Notes: a model not told the origin generated them from the sequence alone. 44,061 nucleotides of DNA from Paraspadella gotoi (GCA_051294375.1 JBJCIZ010000137.1:1-44061); one strand, 5' to 3'. Counted from the first letter of the stretch, positions 12,686 to 24,854 are shown. A program made the numbers and translations.

Positions 12686-13946
12686 ACGAACCCAAAAAGA
12701 TTGTTGGATGGCTTCAACGTCAGATTAACGGAGATGTGGAAAAGAAGGTTGTTTAACATTTAACGATATTCATTCACAGAAGTTTGTACTTCTATGCGAA
12801 ATCCAGGAAGAGTTGGGTAATTTCTTTAGTTTTAAAATTTTTTGATTCCTTCATATTTTAATTTCTTAATGAAGAATTGTAAACAATTTTATTTCAAGGT
12901 TTGATTGAAACGGTATTCAGTGAAATTTATATTTGAGATTAGAGTTGTTATTGATGCTGTTTTAACAATTATTGTCATAATAAGATTGGTGTTTGGTTAA
13001 GAAAAATGAAATAAATTACTAAATTGACTCGATTTTCAGCCGATTGGTGTGTGTTCTTTGTTTCTTAGTTTTAATCAATGTTGTTTTGAACTGCTTCAAT
13101 CACATAGGTATATTGTAATGGTGTAGGTCTTTTCTATTTTTTTATTTTCTATCGATTTAGTGAATTGGTGAACTTTAAGATTATTATAATGAATACATTT
13201 TATAGCACATACAACGTAAATTCTTAATTTTGTGAGTACTGACAAATAACATCAATGCCTATTGCTACAAAATCTATCACACTAAGAAAAAACTGTAAGC
13301 CGGTTAGTGCAGGTGAATAATCAGTAAGTAAGCAACTAAGCAAGGGCTATCGTCAAAAAAAAAAACTATCCGATTGAAACCAAATAAACTAATCAGTAGC
13401 AATGTTGACCTAGCATATTGAATCCGTTTGGTCATTAAACTTAAATTTGAATTTTGGTGTTTTTCTAATGATTTAACAAATTAAACCTGAATGAGATCAA
13501 CTTATTACTTCTCCCTTTGTCAAAGAATTTGAGAAGGGGAATATCTTTTGTTCATGAATGTTTTTTTTTTTTTTTCGTTAGAGGGAATTCTCGTCTATCA
13601 TTGAAGAATAGAAAAACAAAAAAACAATGGCTATATAGTTATTTGATGATATGGATATATCATAAAAATAATATTATTATGAAATTGGTACAACCAATAA
13701 AAAAATTATCCATTCATTTAATAAACAAGCTATCTTGCCCCTGACTTTGGACAGGCTTCGGTAGTTTAAAGCCTCCATGACTTTTACAAGATAATATATG
13801 GGTTTTATTTCGAATTCAACAAGGTTGATTCAGTACATACAGGAGCATCAAACTACAAAGCTATGTCTAAAGACAAAACCAAGTTAAAGATTGCGTGAAA
13901 ACTACCACTATAGACAAAAAAGGTTCAAATTATTGATTAAAATATT

Positions 13947-14186
13947 TCAATCATTAAAGAATGCGACTATTCTTTTGAGAACTAAATTTTTCGAACTATT
14001 GATCTTAGAAATAAAGTTCTTTTTACGCTGGTTAAATATGGTAATAATATCACAGTAACCAAATGAACTCCGTAACTCTCTAATGCTTTCCCATCGGTTG
14101 AATCCGAATATTTTTCTGATACCATCATTAATAGCAACATTAATTCTGTTCTTGTCTCGAGCTTGTCCCTGCCAGCTTTCAATCAA
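13947..14186 (-). mobile_element. 3' end of non-LTR retrotransposon ORF2 (L2/CR1-group-like), 5' truncated
   Basis: RINVAINDGIRKIFGFNRWESIRELRSSFG resembles the post-RT C-terminus of L2/CR1-group LINEs. A poly(A) signal lies on the minus strand at ~13804-13809. Confidence 0.55.
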
Positions 14187-15168
14187 GACTCTCTCACTGT
14201 TTATTTACTCCCAGAGTATCTGGCTTTCCAATCAATGAAGTAGTGTAATATTTCAAATAATGTTTCAATTGTATGAAAAGATCACCCCCTTAAGTATAAC
14301 ATCGTGGAATATAGTTATATCATGATATCGTTGATTATTATTAATTAATTAATCATTATTAATTAATAATCATCAATAATTATTACTGATAAAATGATGT
14401 GATATTATGAGATTATATAATGCAACTTTGTAACATAATTCAATAGAAAATAGTAAGATACAACAGAATGTCATATAATTTCGTCGTAGAAATAAGGTTT
14501 TTTAGATTAAACTTCAGCAGAGAATTGTGAATATGTATATTCCAAATTTGATTTCAAAAAGGAACAGCATACGAGATATAGATATACTTAAAACTAGTCA
14601 ATTGGCTCATCACAAGCGCGGAGTATAAATACATAACTTGAATTAAATCATCTCGAGTCCTCCTAATATTTTGGTTTTACCATTTTTTAATCTATTCAAC
14701 GGATTTCCGGACATTTTTAATCGCTAACCGATTCCGTTCACGTCAAAACGTAACGAGGGTAAGAATCCAACATTGAAATCCCGAGCTCTCTCTGTGTTTG
14801 TCGTCTGCTTAAATCTCCAACTCGAGCGCGGCTTCTGATTGGTCGAATTCAGAGAATCCTGGATTTCGATTAGCGGATTTAAGATTACTCCTCCGACGTG
14901 AGGAGCGATACTCTTAAGCCTCGAATTTTCTCCCAACGTCGCAACGAATATTTAAAGAATCTTTATCTAAATCTCTATCTAAATTCTCTAGAATATTATA
15001 TTATGTAAAAACATTTATTTTTTCATATTTTTTTGATAATTAGTCGTATTCAAAGTAGTTCATAATGCCGAAAGTTAAAAAAACTCCAAGATGATTATAA
15101 TTGATTAATAATTTAATATATTTTTTTAAAAGAGTTTGAAATTGATATGAACAACGATTTATTTTGTT

Positions 15169-15214
15169 TTAATGGACATGTTTCGGCTTAGGTACAAGCC
15201 TTCTTCAGCATTAA
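15169..15214 (-). ncRNA. Minimal hammerhead ribozyme, intact core
   Basis: The minus strand reads ttaatg-CTGAAGA-a-ggctt(gtacct)aagcc-GAAA-CATGTC-cattaa, with a 6-bp stem I. Confidence 0.8.
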
Positions 15215-15482
15215 TATTAACCTATTTATTCATAAGTAGCTAATTGTTAACACTAATCATTAAGTTTAAATAATATTTATCTTTGTTGTACATTTTACAA
15301 TGTATTATTTTTCAAGTTCTCTCACTCTCTCTCACTCTCTATTTGTTTCACCTTAATCTGTCCTCACAACTGACCACTGTCCTTTCTCAACTCTGTGTTG
15401 GAAACTTTGCCCATTCCCTTTCTCTCTCTCTCTCTCTCACTCTTTTCTTTATGCACACAATCTGTTTGAAATTTAACAACTG

Positions 15483-15528
15483 TTAATGCTGAAGAAGGCT
15501 TGTACCTAAGCCAAAACATGTCCATTAA
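15483..15528 (+). ncRNA. Minimal hammerhead ribozyme with core mutation (GAAA to AAAA), probably inactive
   Basis: ttaatg-CTGAAGA-a-ggctt(gtacct)aagcc-AAAA-CATGTC-cattaa. Confidence 0.65.
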
Positions 15529-15784
15529 AACAAAATAAATCGTTGTTGATATCAATTTCAAACTCTTCTAATTATCTCTACACAACGAAAAGAAAGGATT
15601 ACACCACAATGTCTAACAATATATTTTCTATAAACTTTTTATTAATATTTAGCTAAATATAATTTTTGGGGGACGATTTAAGTAATATTTTTATTAAAAG
15701 TTTTAACAGTTGCTGTTTATCTCTCAAAAGTGATTTTTAAAAAACCTAACCAGCGTAGTACATGTAGTATCAAAGAGACAGAAG

Positions 15785-16312
15785 ATGGCTGTAAACAACA
15801 AACTGAAAAGCAAGATCATATTGTTGTTATTGAGCAGCCAAGCAGAAAATATGTGACCCATTAAACTGCTGCTGCTATCACTGATTTTGTAAAAAAAAAA
15901 TGAATTGACCGACAGATGGATGGTTTTAGAAGGAGACTCAACTAACACCAACACAGGATGGGAAAACGGAACTTTTGCTAACATAGAAAAAATATCTGGA
16001 TATCATTTCCATTGGATGGTTTGCAGCCTTCATACCAATGAGTTGGGCCTCCGTCATCTTGTCCAAAAAATTTTCGCCAAAACAAGTGGATCAAATTCTT
16101 TTGAAGCTCCTATTGGTCCCCTTCTTCACTCTGTTGAATCATTGTCTTGGAATGAGACCTTTGAGAAAGTTGACCTTGGGCCAGGAATTCGCCATCTCCC
16201 GAAACAGGTGGTTTCAGATCTTTCACGTGATCAATGTTATCTTTGGTATGCAGTAGAAATTGTAAGGGAAGGGAAAATTCGTCAAGGCAAAACTGAAAAA
16301 AAGTCTCTTTGA
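15785..16312 (+). pseudogene. hAT-superfamily (hATm-like) transposase fragment
   Basis: DHIVVIEQPSRKYVTH...GDSTNTNTGWENG...HWMVCSLHTNELGLRHL...KTSG..SFEAPIG...LSRDQCYL matches the D.T..NTG, CxxH-NEL.LRHL and LS.DQ.YL motifs. Truncated and frameshifted. Confidence 0.75.
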
Positions 16313-18868
16313 TGTAATAAATTATACAGTTATGTGGTTTGAGTGGAAATGTATACCAGAACTAAAAGATGCGCCCAAAAATGTTTTTAATCAAATTAAA
16401 TTGCTCAAGTACCTTCCTAACAAAACAGTACAAATAATAAATCCCAAAGCAGATACAAAAAAGATTTCATAAAAATGAAAAGTTTATAATTTAATGATAT
16501 CTATATCAAAAGTACTGATTTACACAAAGTTTTTATTATGACTTTATTCATTTGTGCTGCCCGCTAAATGAAACAAACTTTTATAGCGCTTTCTATTATT
16601 TTATGGGTGTCATGGCGCCTGTGTGGCAGCCTGTGTTACCTCGTTGGTGTCATGGCAATGGTGTCTAAATAATTTTACTATCATTATTATCAGAAATTTA
16701 ATTCCTCATGATTAAAAAAGAAATTATAAAAAAGTTATAATGAGATGGCTCTTAAACAATCGACGCTTGTTTGCGAGAGAGAGAGAGAGAGAGAAGGAAA
16801 GTATTTTCAGAAGTTTTTTATAACGTCTGCCAAATAACATTACTTGTTTTTTATGACAATCATTTTCTTTTAATACAAAATAACACTTTCTTTCTTCATT
16901 TTAAAGTTTTAAGCATAAATTATTTATTTATTTAGTGGAGGCAATTTCTCCCATTTTGCTCAATTTTTCAATTTTTAGAATAATACATAATTCATAGAAT
17001 TCAAAAAAAATTATAATATCAATATTTTATGTTTTAAATCACAAAATGTATCAATATTACTTTAATTTTAGCAATAATAAGTGAAAAACATCAATGATTA
17101 CGTATTGTTATGCTGAATGACCTTTCCTCTTAAATAAATCTTTCAACTGAAACATTTTATGAAGCAATTCTTGCTAAATAAAAACAAAAACAATCGTTGT
17201 ATGACATATGCCAATCATATTCAGAAGGAACCCTTCTCGTATATCTCTAACACACCTCTCTTTTTTTTCCCCTCTTGCACTGAACAAAAAAGCAAATAAA
17301 AAAAATATATAAAATAAATAAATCAAAATTATTTAATAAACAGTGAGCAAACAATGTCGGATTGCCCATGATCATTAGCGGTAATTAATTAATTAGTTGA
17401 AAAAAAATTATTTAATTAATACATATTGATTAATCAATGACTTATGTACTTTGTGACCCGTAGAACAGTAGTGGTCAATAAGAATGACTGTTCTTACCCC
17501 GATCTTGCAATGTAAATACTAGTGGTTGTTATTATTATTTTTATCATTTTTGCTTTTTTTACTGTTTTTGATAATAACAGTTTTTCTTTATCACAAAAAC
17601 ACACCTCAATTTTCTATAAATTCTTTTTTGAGTCACGCAAACATTATAAAAAAATTTCAATTATAAATTATTTATGATGGCGACAATGATAACACCGACG
17701 ATGACAAATTGATTGATTGCTTAATTTTTTGATGATTGATTGAATATTTGATTAATTGATTGAATAATTAATTAACTGATCAGTTCTGGCATTGTTAGCT
17801 CAAACTTGTTTGTTTTTTTGTCTTTTCATTATGACAAAAGAAATGACGACCATGATGATGTTGACGACGAGGCTAACACCGTCATGATTAATGAATGATT
17901 GATTGATCAAATAAAAGAAATTCATATCAGGCCTGTTAGTTTTTAGGTCTTTTTGTCAGGTCACTGACCAGGACAAAAGCAACAACGACGTTGGAGATGA
18001 CAATGATAACACTGACATTGTTTAATTGATTAATTAATTGATTGATTAATTAATTAATTGGTTAATTTATTGATAAATAAATTTTTAATTAGTTGATTGA
18101 TAAATTAATTGATTGATAGAAAAATTGATTCATTAATTTTTGATGGATTAGTTGATTAGTTAATTGATTTATTGATTAATAAATTGCTTAATTGAATAAT
18201 TAATGCAGCTTGTATTTACATTTAATAAAAAGAAAAAAGCAAATAGGGAAAAAGGTTTTTTGTTTTTTTCATTTTAACTCATTTCCACTCGAAGATTTTT
18301 TACAATCTTACAATTTTTCATAGTAAAAATTTCATTTGTTATTTGTTAACAAAAAAGATTGTTTAAAATTATTCTACCAATGAATTACATGTCTAAAGAG
18401 AGTATTTTTATAAATAATAACAAATGTAAAATTTCTAAAGGAAGGAAGCGATGTGCACTCGAAACCGAAAGCGATCCGGGCTATAAAAGTAGGGATTGCC
18501 ACCTGAAAACGGGAGCGGGAGGGTCTTGGAAGCGCCGGATTGGCAGCGGCGGAAAATCAATCGCTTCCACATCTCTGATTCTAACCCCTTCCAATCCCTT
18601 TCGGCCAGGGTTTTCCGCAAGTTTTTTTGATTTGAGAAAATCGCTATTGTAGTCTATCATATACTGATCTTCCGGATGGGCGTTGTCTTTGGCGGGATTG
18701 TTAGTGGGGCTGGACTTTCCTGGTTGACCGTGTGATTGGAGTAGAGAGAGATGACGGGGGAATAGAAATATTCAAATCGCGGAGTTTTTTTCAGATACTA
18801 CTAGGTACATCCGGGTGGCGTATTTCGTGGGTCTCTTGGCGGTCCATTTTGGCAAAGTTGTTTTTTTT

Positions 18869-19219
18869 TCATTTTTTGGGTGATGGCTTCGACGATGAGA
18901 CTAATTATGGTAGGAGCCAAAACAGATAACAAAGTTCCTAACATTCCACCAGTCTTTTTTTCATAGGTAAACTTCTTAATGAGAGAGCGTGTATTTGCTT
19001 TTTATACGGTCTCAAACAAAATAGTTTGACTGGGTGAAGTGGGGATGTTGCTTTTTTAAAATATTTTAAACATATCTCCGACATGCAAATACAAGCGTCG
19101 TTTTATTTTTTAGAATGCCAAAAAGCCTTTTAATGATGCATCGGTAGTTGTTATTTTTTTCAAGAGCGAAGTTGGCGCGCAAAACGCTCTCTAGTGGCGA
19201 TGTTGTTTCTCGGCTTCAT
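18869..19219 (-). pseudogene. Conserved small basic Maverick protein downstream of the ATPase (PW/PZ-type; adenoviral-type protease site)
   Basis: Joined translation ICMSEIC.NILKSNIP....Q...LRPYKKQIHALSLRSLPMKK..TGGMLGTLLSVLAPTIISLIVEAIT follows the IxE..N.L..N.P....YK..LR.L...xGG-hydrophobic pattern. Confidence 0.7.
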
Positions 19220-19229
19220 GATCTTTTGT

Positions 19230-19525
19230 CGCAATAAGACCGTCATCGGAGCCTCAAATGGGAAGATTCTAGATCTCACCTTCAATCTTTCAGACGTGGC
19301 CAATCAATGAAAATATACGGAAAGGCGTGAGTGAGTTTTCTAGGTTGTCAATGTAAGATTCGATGAGAAAGTTTGTTTTTTCGGGGAATAGCTGTCGACC
19401 GAGAGTTTGAAATATTGATCGGTCTCTTGGAAATTTTATTAAGATGAGGTAACTTGAATTTAAAGACATTAATCTCAAGACGGGTTTTGTCTTGAATAAA
19501 GATTGTGGTCGATGAAGATGCAGCT
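19230..19525 (-). pseudogene. Maverick A32/FtsK-HerA-like packaging ATPase, C-terminal fragment
   Basis: HNLYS...RLMSLNSSYLILIKFPRDRSIFQTLGRQLFPEKTNFLIESYID...PF matches QNLF...RTISLN..Y.VLFKNPRD..Q..LARQ..P....F..SY.DAT..PF. Confidence 0.8.
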
Positions 19526-19838
19526 TAATTTTTTCCTGATAAAAAATATTTTTCTAACATATAGTAAATATAAAATGATTTTAATACTTATATACAAACC
19601 ATTTATATATACACTTTAAACTAACGATATATATTGGAGACATGAGAGAAAAATCAACTCGATCTTCCATGTCATTGCATAACAGATGGCGTTTGAGCGA
19701 GATCGTCGACTGCTCGCGGTAAGCGGTCCTTGAGGAAAGAATGGCGCCGGGGAAGTTTGTGGAGTTGTATTGGTCACCCCCCGCTTCGTAACATTTTAAT
19801 ATTTTTTTAAATGTCTTCCGCGTGTTTAATAAGATTCG

Positions 19839-19935
19839 AACAAAATGTTGTCTTACCTAAAGATGAAATATGTTTTTAATTATTATTAACAAAATGTTGT
19901 CTTACCTAAAGATGAAATATGTTTTTAATTATTAT
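19839..19935. repeat. 49-bp tandem duplication
   Basis: aacaaaatgttgtcttacctaaagatgaaatatgtttttaattattat starts at 19839 and again at 19888. Confidence 0.9.
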
Positions 19936-21777
19936 GTTTTATTTATTTTATATAATATATATTCATATAATCATTAATATATTTTTACCGCTGTTACTTG
20001 CCCTGGCTACTATCATAGAAAAGGGAGATTGTTATATTTAGATATAACAGTTTTTTCTAAGAAATGCAATCCATCTTTTTTTTTTTTACAGGAGGCAACA
20101 AAAAAGATGTTGAAGACAAGCGGAAAATGGACAATGATTTGCACTGGCAACAACTATGGTGATGGGGACTTGGGTGGCGCTTATAAACACCGGGTGATTA
20201 CGCCAGTTTGGGCAACGGCAAAAAGTTCAACCGAGTTAAGTTTGCAATGGCTGTTATGGGATCAAAATTGACAATATAAAGGAAATAAGAAATAATTATA
20301 GAAACTGTTATTCCTGAACGGCCACCGAGGAGAGGAAAATGTATCTTGTAATTTAAGCATGAGGTTTTTTTAAAAGAAAAAGAAGATAAAAAAGAAAAAC
20401 AGAGAGAGAGAAGCAAATGCTTTTTATAGGAAAATGTAATTAGAGAATTTAAATAAACAAAAAACAAAAAGAGAGAAGGTAAAAGATGTAATATTAGTAA
20501 AGAGATAAAGTCAGAAACTTAAATTCGTTGGATAATAAGGGTTCAACAAGAAGGGGTCGTGAGGAGCAAGAAGGTTGTTTCCATCAACGATAGAGCCTTT
20601 AAAACCATGGGGGCAATTTTAATAGAGAACCGGAAATATTTTTATCAAAGAGGAGGGACAAAGAAATGGAAAAGATATAATAAAAGTAGGTGAAAAGCTT
20701 AAAATATTGTAAAAAAGTTGACGGCAAAGGCAACTAATTATGAAGATGAATAAAATGATATTATTTTTATTAAAGAAGTAAAGATCGAGGATAAGATGTT
20801 AAAGATTAGAAAGAAAGGGGAGAAAAGATTAAGAGTATCATTAAAAGATTAAACCGATGATGCGATGAAGGCCAATTGTACGCAACGGTGATGGAGATCT
20901 TGCGAATGACAAACTGAATGGAAAATTGTGAGGTAAAACAGAGGACGCAAGAAATTGCTGGAATTATTTATCAAATTAATAAGACCAAAGAAATAGAAAG
21001 AAAAGAAGAAAAAAAAGATGGAAAAGCAGAGTATAAAAAATGAAAGTTTAAAAAGAATGTTTTGGTAAGGATATTAAAAAAGATTGAATTGATAATAATT
21101 ATTTGTCTATGTTCTTTTGGTTTGTCTTTGCTATATAACTACAGCCTCAATGGATTGGACGGAGCATTTGATTTACGGATCCCTCACCCTGATTGTGTAA
21201 TCGGGGCATTTAGACTTGCGGAGAGATGACGCCAATCTCCATTCTAAGTGGCGCGGGCATCTGGAAACATTGTGTGTTATTTCAATGAATTTTTGGCTTT
21301 GGTTGGGGCGAATGAATTAGAAATGAGAAGATTGGGTAGTTCAACATGAGTTTACGAAACTCGCAAAATCACGTATTATAAGGTGTTGAGGGAAGGACGA
21401 GGATTGGGATGCGGAGGAGGATAGGTTTAATATTTGTTTTTAGATGCTTTTGTCATTTTTGTTATTAGGGGTATTTCGGTTATTTGATGTTTTAGTTGTT
21501 GCATTGGTATAGATTGTTTTTTATTTTTATATGTTAGAGATATTTATCAGTGTCTTGGCATGTATTAGTTTAATAGATACGGTTTCTTTATAAATTATTG
21601 ATTTTTTTAATTTTAAAATAATTTTAGTCAGAATAAAATAAAAGCTAAAACAGTTGTAGATGATGTCGAAATTAAATTCTATAATGTGAACCAACAGAAC
21701 TAAGCAGATGTTCACAAGTATATATCTATATTTAGAACTTGAATGACTCACCCAGAACTAAGCAGAAACAATGAACA

Positions 21778-22478
21778 AACCAGAAGTGACCGAACTGGAA
21801 AATTGGTGACTGAAAAACCGGAGGTAGTGACCCGGAACCGGAAGTGACCGGAACGGGAAGTGACCTGAACCGGAAGTGACCGGAACCGGAAGTATGACGT
21901 CACTCAATTTATAAATAGAATGATGGACGTCATCATTATTGGATTGTATGACGTCATCAAGGGGTTATTAAATCAGAATTTCCACTTACCAAAAGCTATA
22001 AAAAATCTGTCTAAATGTTAAAATGCCCGTGGTTTCAACAGAGAGTAGTTTATTGTAGAATGTGAAGTTCAAACTCTGCTAAATATTATTTACAATTACA
22101 ATGTCGAATACAATACACATTTCAAACGTTTATTATTGTTATCTTACATTTTGGGCAGTTAGGGATTTTTTATTTTTATTCCTCAAAATTGATCTTTTAT
22201 TTTGTAAAGCTCGTAACGTCGACTTCGTTCGGTAGCGAACTCAAAGGTAGTGAGGGAATAGTTACTAAGCAAACTCAATAAACAAAATACGTCGCGTCGT
22301 AAGTAAGCTGAGTAAGGCTATGCATGAGTACAACTATTTCAGTAGACGTACGACTATTCTTTACAGAGGTAGACTGGAAGTGACTGGAACGGAAGTATGA
22401 CGTCATCAATCTATAAATAGAATGATGACATCATTCATATTGGAATGTTAGACGTCATCAAGGAGGTGACCGGAAGTT
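21778..22478. promoter_or_regulatory. Cluster of CCGGAAGT (ETS-like) ~16-bp tandem repeats and TGACGTCA (CRE) motifs, with a ~90-bp direct repeat (~21880-21962 and ~22385-22462)
   Basis: gaaccggaagtgaccg-like units at 21778-21895; several TGACGTCA; TATAAATAG in both repeat copies. Confidence 0.6.
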
Positions 22479-24228
22479 GGGTCCCAAAGTTACCTTATTT
22501 CTATCTCTATCGTCCAATTATTATTGTCTTACGGGGTTGGTTTGAGGGAATTCTTCAAAAAGTGTTATAGCTTCCATTTCCTTTCTTAGCTTAAAACGGC
22601 CAAAGAGATGGGCACAGTCGGGTCATCTTCTAGCTGTTAAAACAATCTGGAATTCCATTTTTAAAAAAAAAAGTCTTCAACGTAGTGCAAATTGAACTTC
22701 TTAGTTAAAGTCTTCCCCAATCAAGCTTGGTCAAAAATTCGAAATGCTTTACTTGTTCTTCCTTCAACTTCCATGAGGATTTTGAAAAGCATTGAGTTTA
22801 ACTCCGCATCTGGTCTTTCCACTAATTCCATCAGACTGTGGATGGAAACTGACGTATGAGTTTTATAATTCCATTGTCTCAAAAATTTTTTATTATAAAC
22901 AAAACCACCTTCCCCCCAGAGGAAGGTGACAAATTAAATCCATTAAACCCATTGAAAACATTAGAAAAATAAAATAAAAAGGTCGGACTGTTGACAAGTG
23001 ACCGAACCGGCTTGAGAACAAATGAATAATTATATTGTTTTTCTCAGTCCTTTCTGACATTAAATCATTGTTAGTAATATTTTAATTAGCTCCAATTTAG
23101 TAAATTAACTTTCGTTCAAATTTTGTTCTCTCTAAATTTTCTTAAGTTCAAAGTTTAATATTTTGTAGACTCACAGAGCTTCAGCTCCTATTTTGTAACA
23201 TTTAGTGGAATTAGATAAACAAAGGAAGAACGAGAGGGAAGGAGGGATTCAGAAGAGAATTAAGTGCAATTCCATTTTTTAGATCTCAAGGGAGTAAGAT
23301 GCAATATTTTATCATTTTAAATTTCATATTTCAACTTTGCAAAAGTCTACAATTATTTAAGGTAACTTCGAAAACTAATTAGACAGGTTATGACATAATC
23401 AGCTCCCTATCCGTCATCTTTTGAGGGCCCCAGGTTACGTTACCGACATGGTGGCGTCATTGTTCGCTTACGGACAGCCTCGAAGTTTATCTGTGCCGTA
23501 CGGATATTTGTTTTTGTCCGAGTTGATAGAGGGTTATATAAGTAATTTTTTTTTTTCCCGATGAAGTGTGAGGTGTTGATATGAGTAGAATATTTTTTTT
23601 TAAAACGTGTATATATATTTTATTAATTTTAGCCTCTCTGACTAAAAGACTAAATTATTTTAGTTGATGTTGTTCGGGATTTTTTTGAGATTTTTTTTTT
23701 TTCGAAAACAAAACACAAATCTAAAGCCAAATACATAGATCACGAATGTTTTTTGACCAGCGGGTCGATGGACCGGCAGGTCGGTACGGGACAATCTCGG
23801 TTTCTTTTCCGAAGGCGACGATAACTTTTTTTTAAACCCCCGCCTTGCGCTTTGCGTTCTTTTGGTTTTCGGCAGTGACGTTTACCACTCTTCTGACACC
23901 ACGACACGGATATTTTCATGCAAATAAAAATAGGAGATTTTTTTACCAATTGAGTCAAATTTTTCATGAATAAAAAAAACAAAATTAAAATAAAAAATGG
24001 CAAATAGAGATCGGATAACGACGAGCGAATGGAAGCTTTGGACGGCTATGGAGGACTTAATTCTGTCGGACTCGGATGACGGCGACAGGCGCCGGCGCCG
24101 TAGGTGGCGTCCGCGCCGAGAGATTTATACGGGCCGGCAGGACGACAGCGATGACGATTCGTCATCGAAATGGACCCTACTGGATCTGATTTGGGCGCCG
24201 CGTTTGCGAATGCACCCTGCGGCCACGT

Positions 24229-24854
24229 TAATCGACTTTTACAACCTGACGACAAGTTTGGGTTGCCGTCAATCCACCGGTGTTTTTGGATGATGCGGAT
24301 ATGATTTAATTGTAAATGGGCCTGGGAACTGGGTTGAGAAGAAACACGCTTATGCGTCTCCACCCACCTTCTGATTCGCCGTGGGGGGCCAGGAATGTCA
24401 TGCCTTTCTTTCCATGGACCAACACCGCTTCACCATCTGCCTGAAGGTTGCAGGCGAAGAGCCGATGAGGCGCTCGGTAGTCAGAGCGCGGGTGCCATTC
24501 GCTTCGAGCTCGAGCTGGAGTTCAGGGGACGATGAGATGCCGAGATCTCGAAAAAGTTGAAGTTAAAGAGAGAAGACGCGACGATGACGGTAATTGAGGG
24601 CGGCATTTCGCGCTCGATACTACTCCCCCCCTGATTCGAACCATTCGATCGTCTTTAAAAATTTGGGAACTGATCAAATTTGAGGGCTCACATTGGTATT
24701 GTTGCATTGCGACGACCATAGATACTTCGTCATGGGACAGCTTCGGGCGATTCCCCCCCACGTGATACTTGGCACTCTGACTGACGAGTCGGCGTTCGAT
24801 TGCTCAACTTTGATCGAAGGTTAACACGCGAACTTTTCTCAGGTAGAGCCTCAT
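24229..24854 (-). pseudogene. Maverick major capsid protein (double jelly-roll, PY), C-terminal half
   Basis: RLYLRKVRV...AIERRLVSQSAKYH...LFNFNFFEIS...GMTFLA...WIDGN parallels L.VRKV.V...AHE..L....AKYP...NPFNFQHF...GYTL.AF...ID. Frameshifted. Confidence 0.65.

Larger units (their letters stand above)
15130..15617. mobile_element. Penelope-like element end with inverted pLTRs (15130-15214 and 15483-15567)
   Basis: ~85-bp inverted repeat with a hammerhead in each arm. Family 3' end caacgaaaagaaaggatt at ~15583-15600. A degenerate AT-rich TSD (aatatatttt...) is present on both sides. Confidence 0.75.

Noticed and set aside
14470-14946. Possible minus-strand solo LTR (CCAAT, TATA-like, ends cgtcgcaacg)
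   Set aside because: Termini, TSD and PBS could not be defined.
21778-21900. Short regular repeats resembling a CRISPR array
   Set aside because: There are no unique spacers or cas genes, and the context is eukaryotic.
23400-23535. Possible Maverick cysteine protease (INSDKNKYPYG resembling INTD...GxHW)
   Set aside because: The catalytic HW, FDS and Q..CG motifs are absent.
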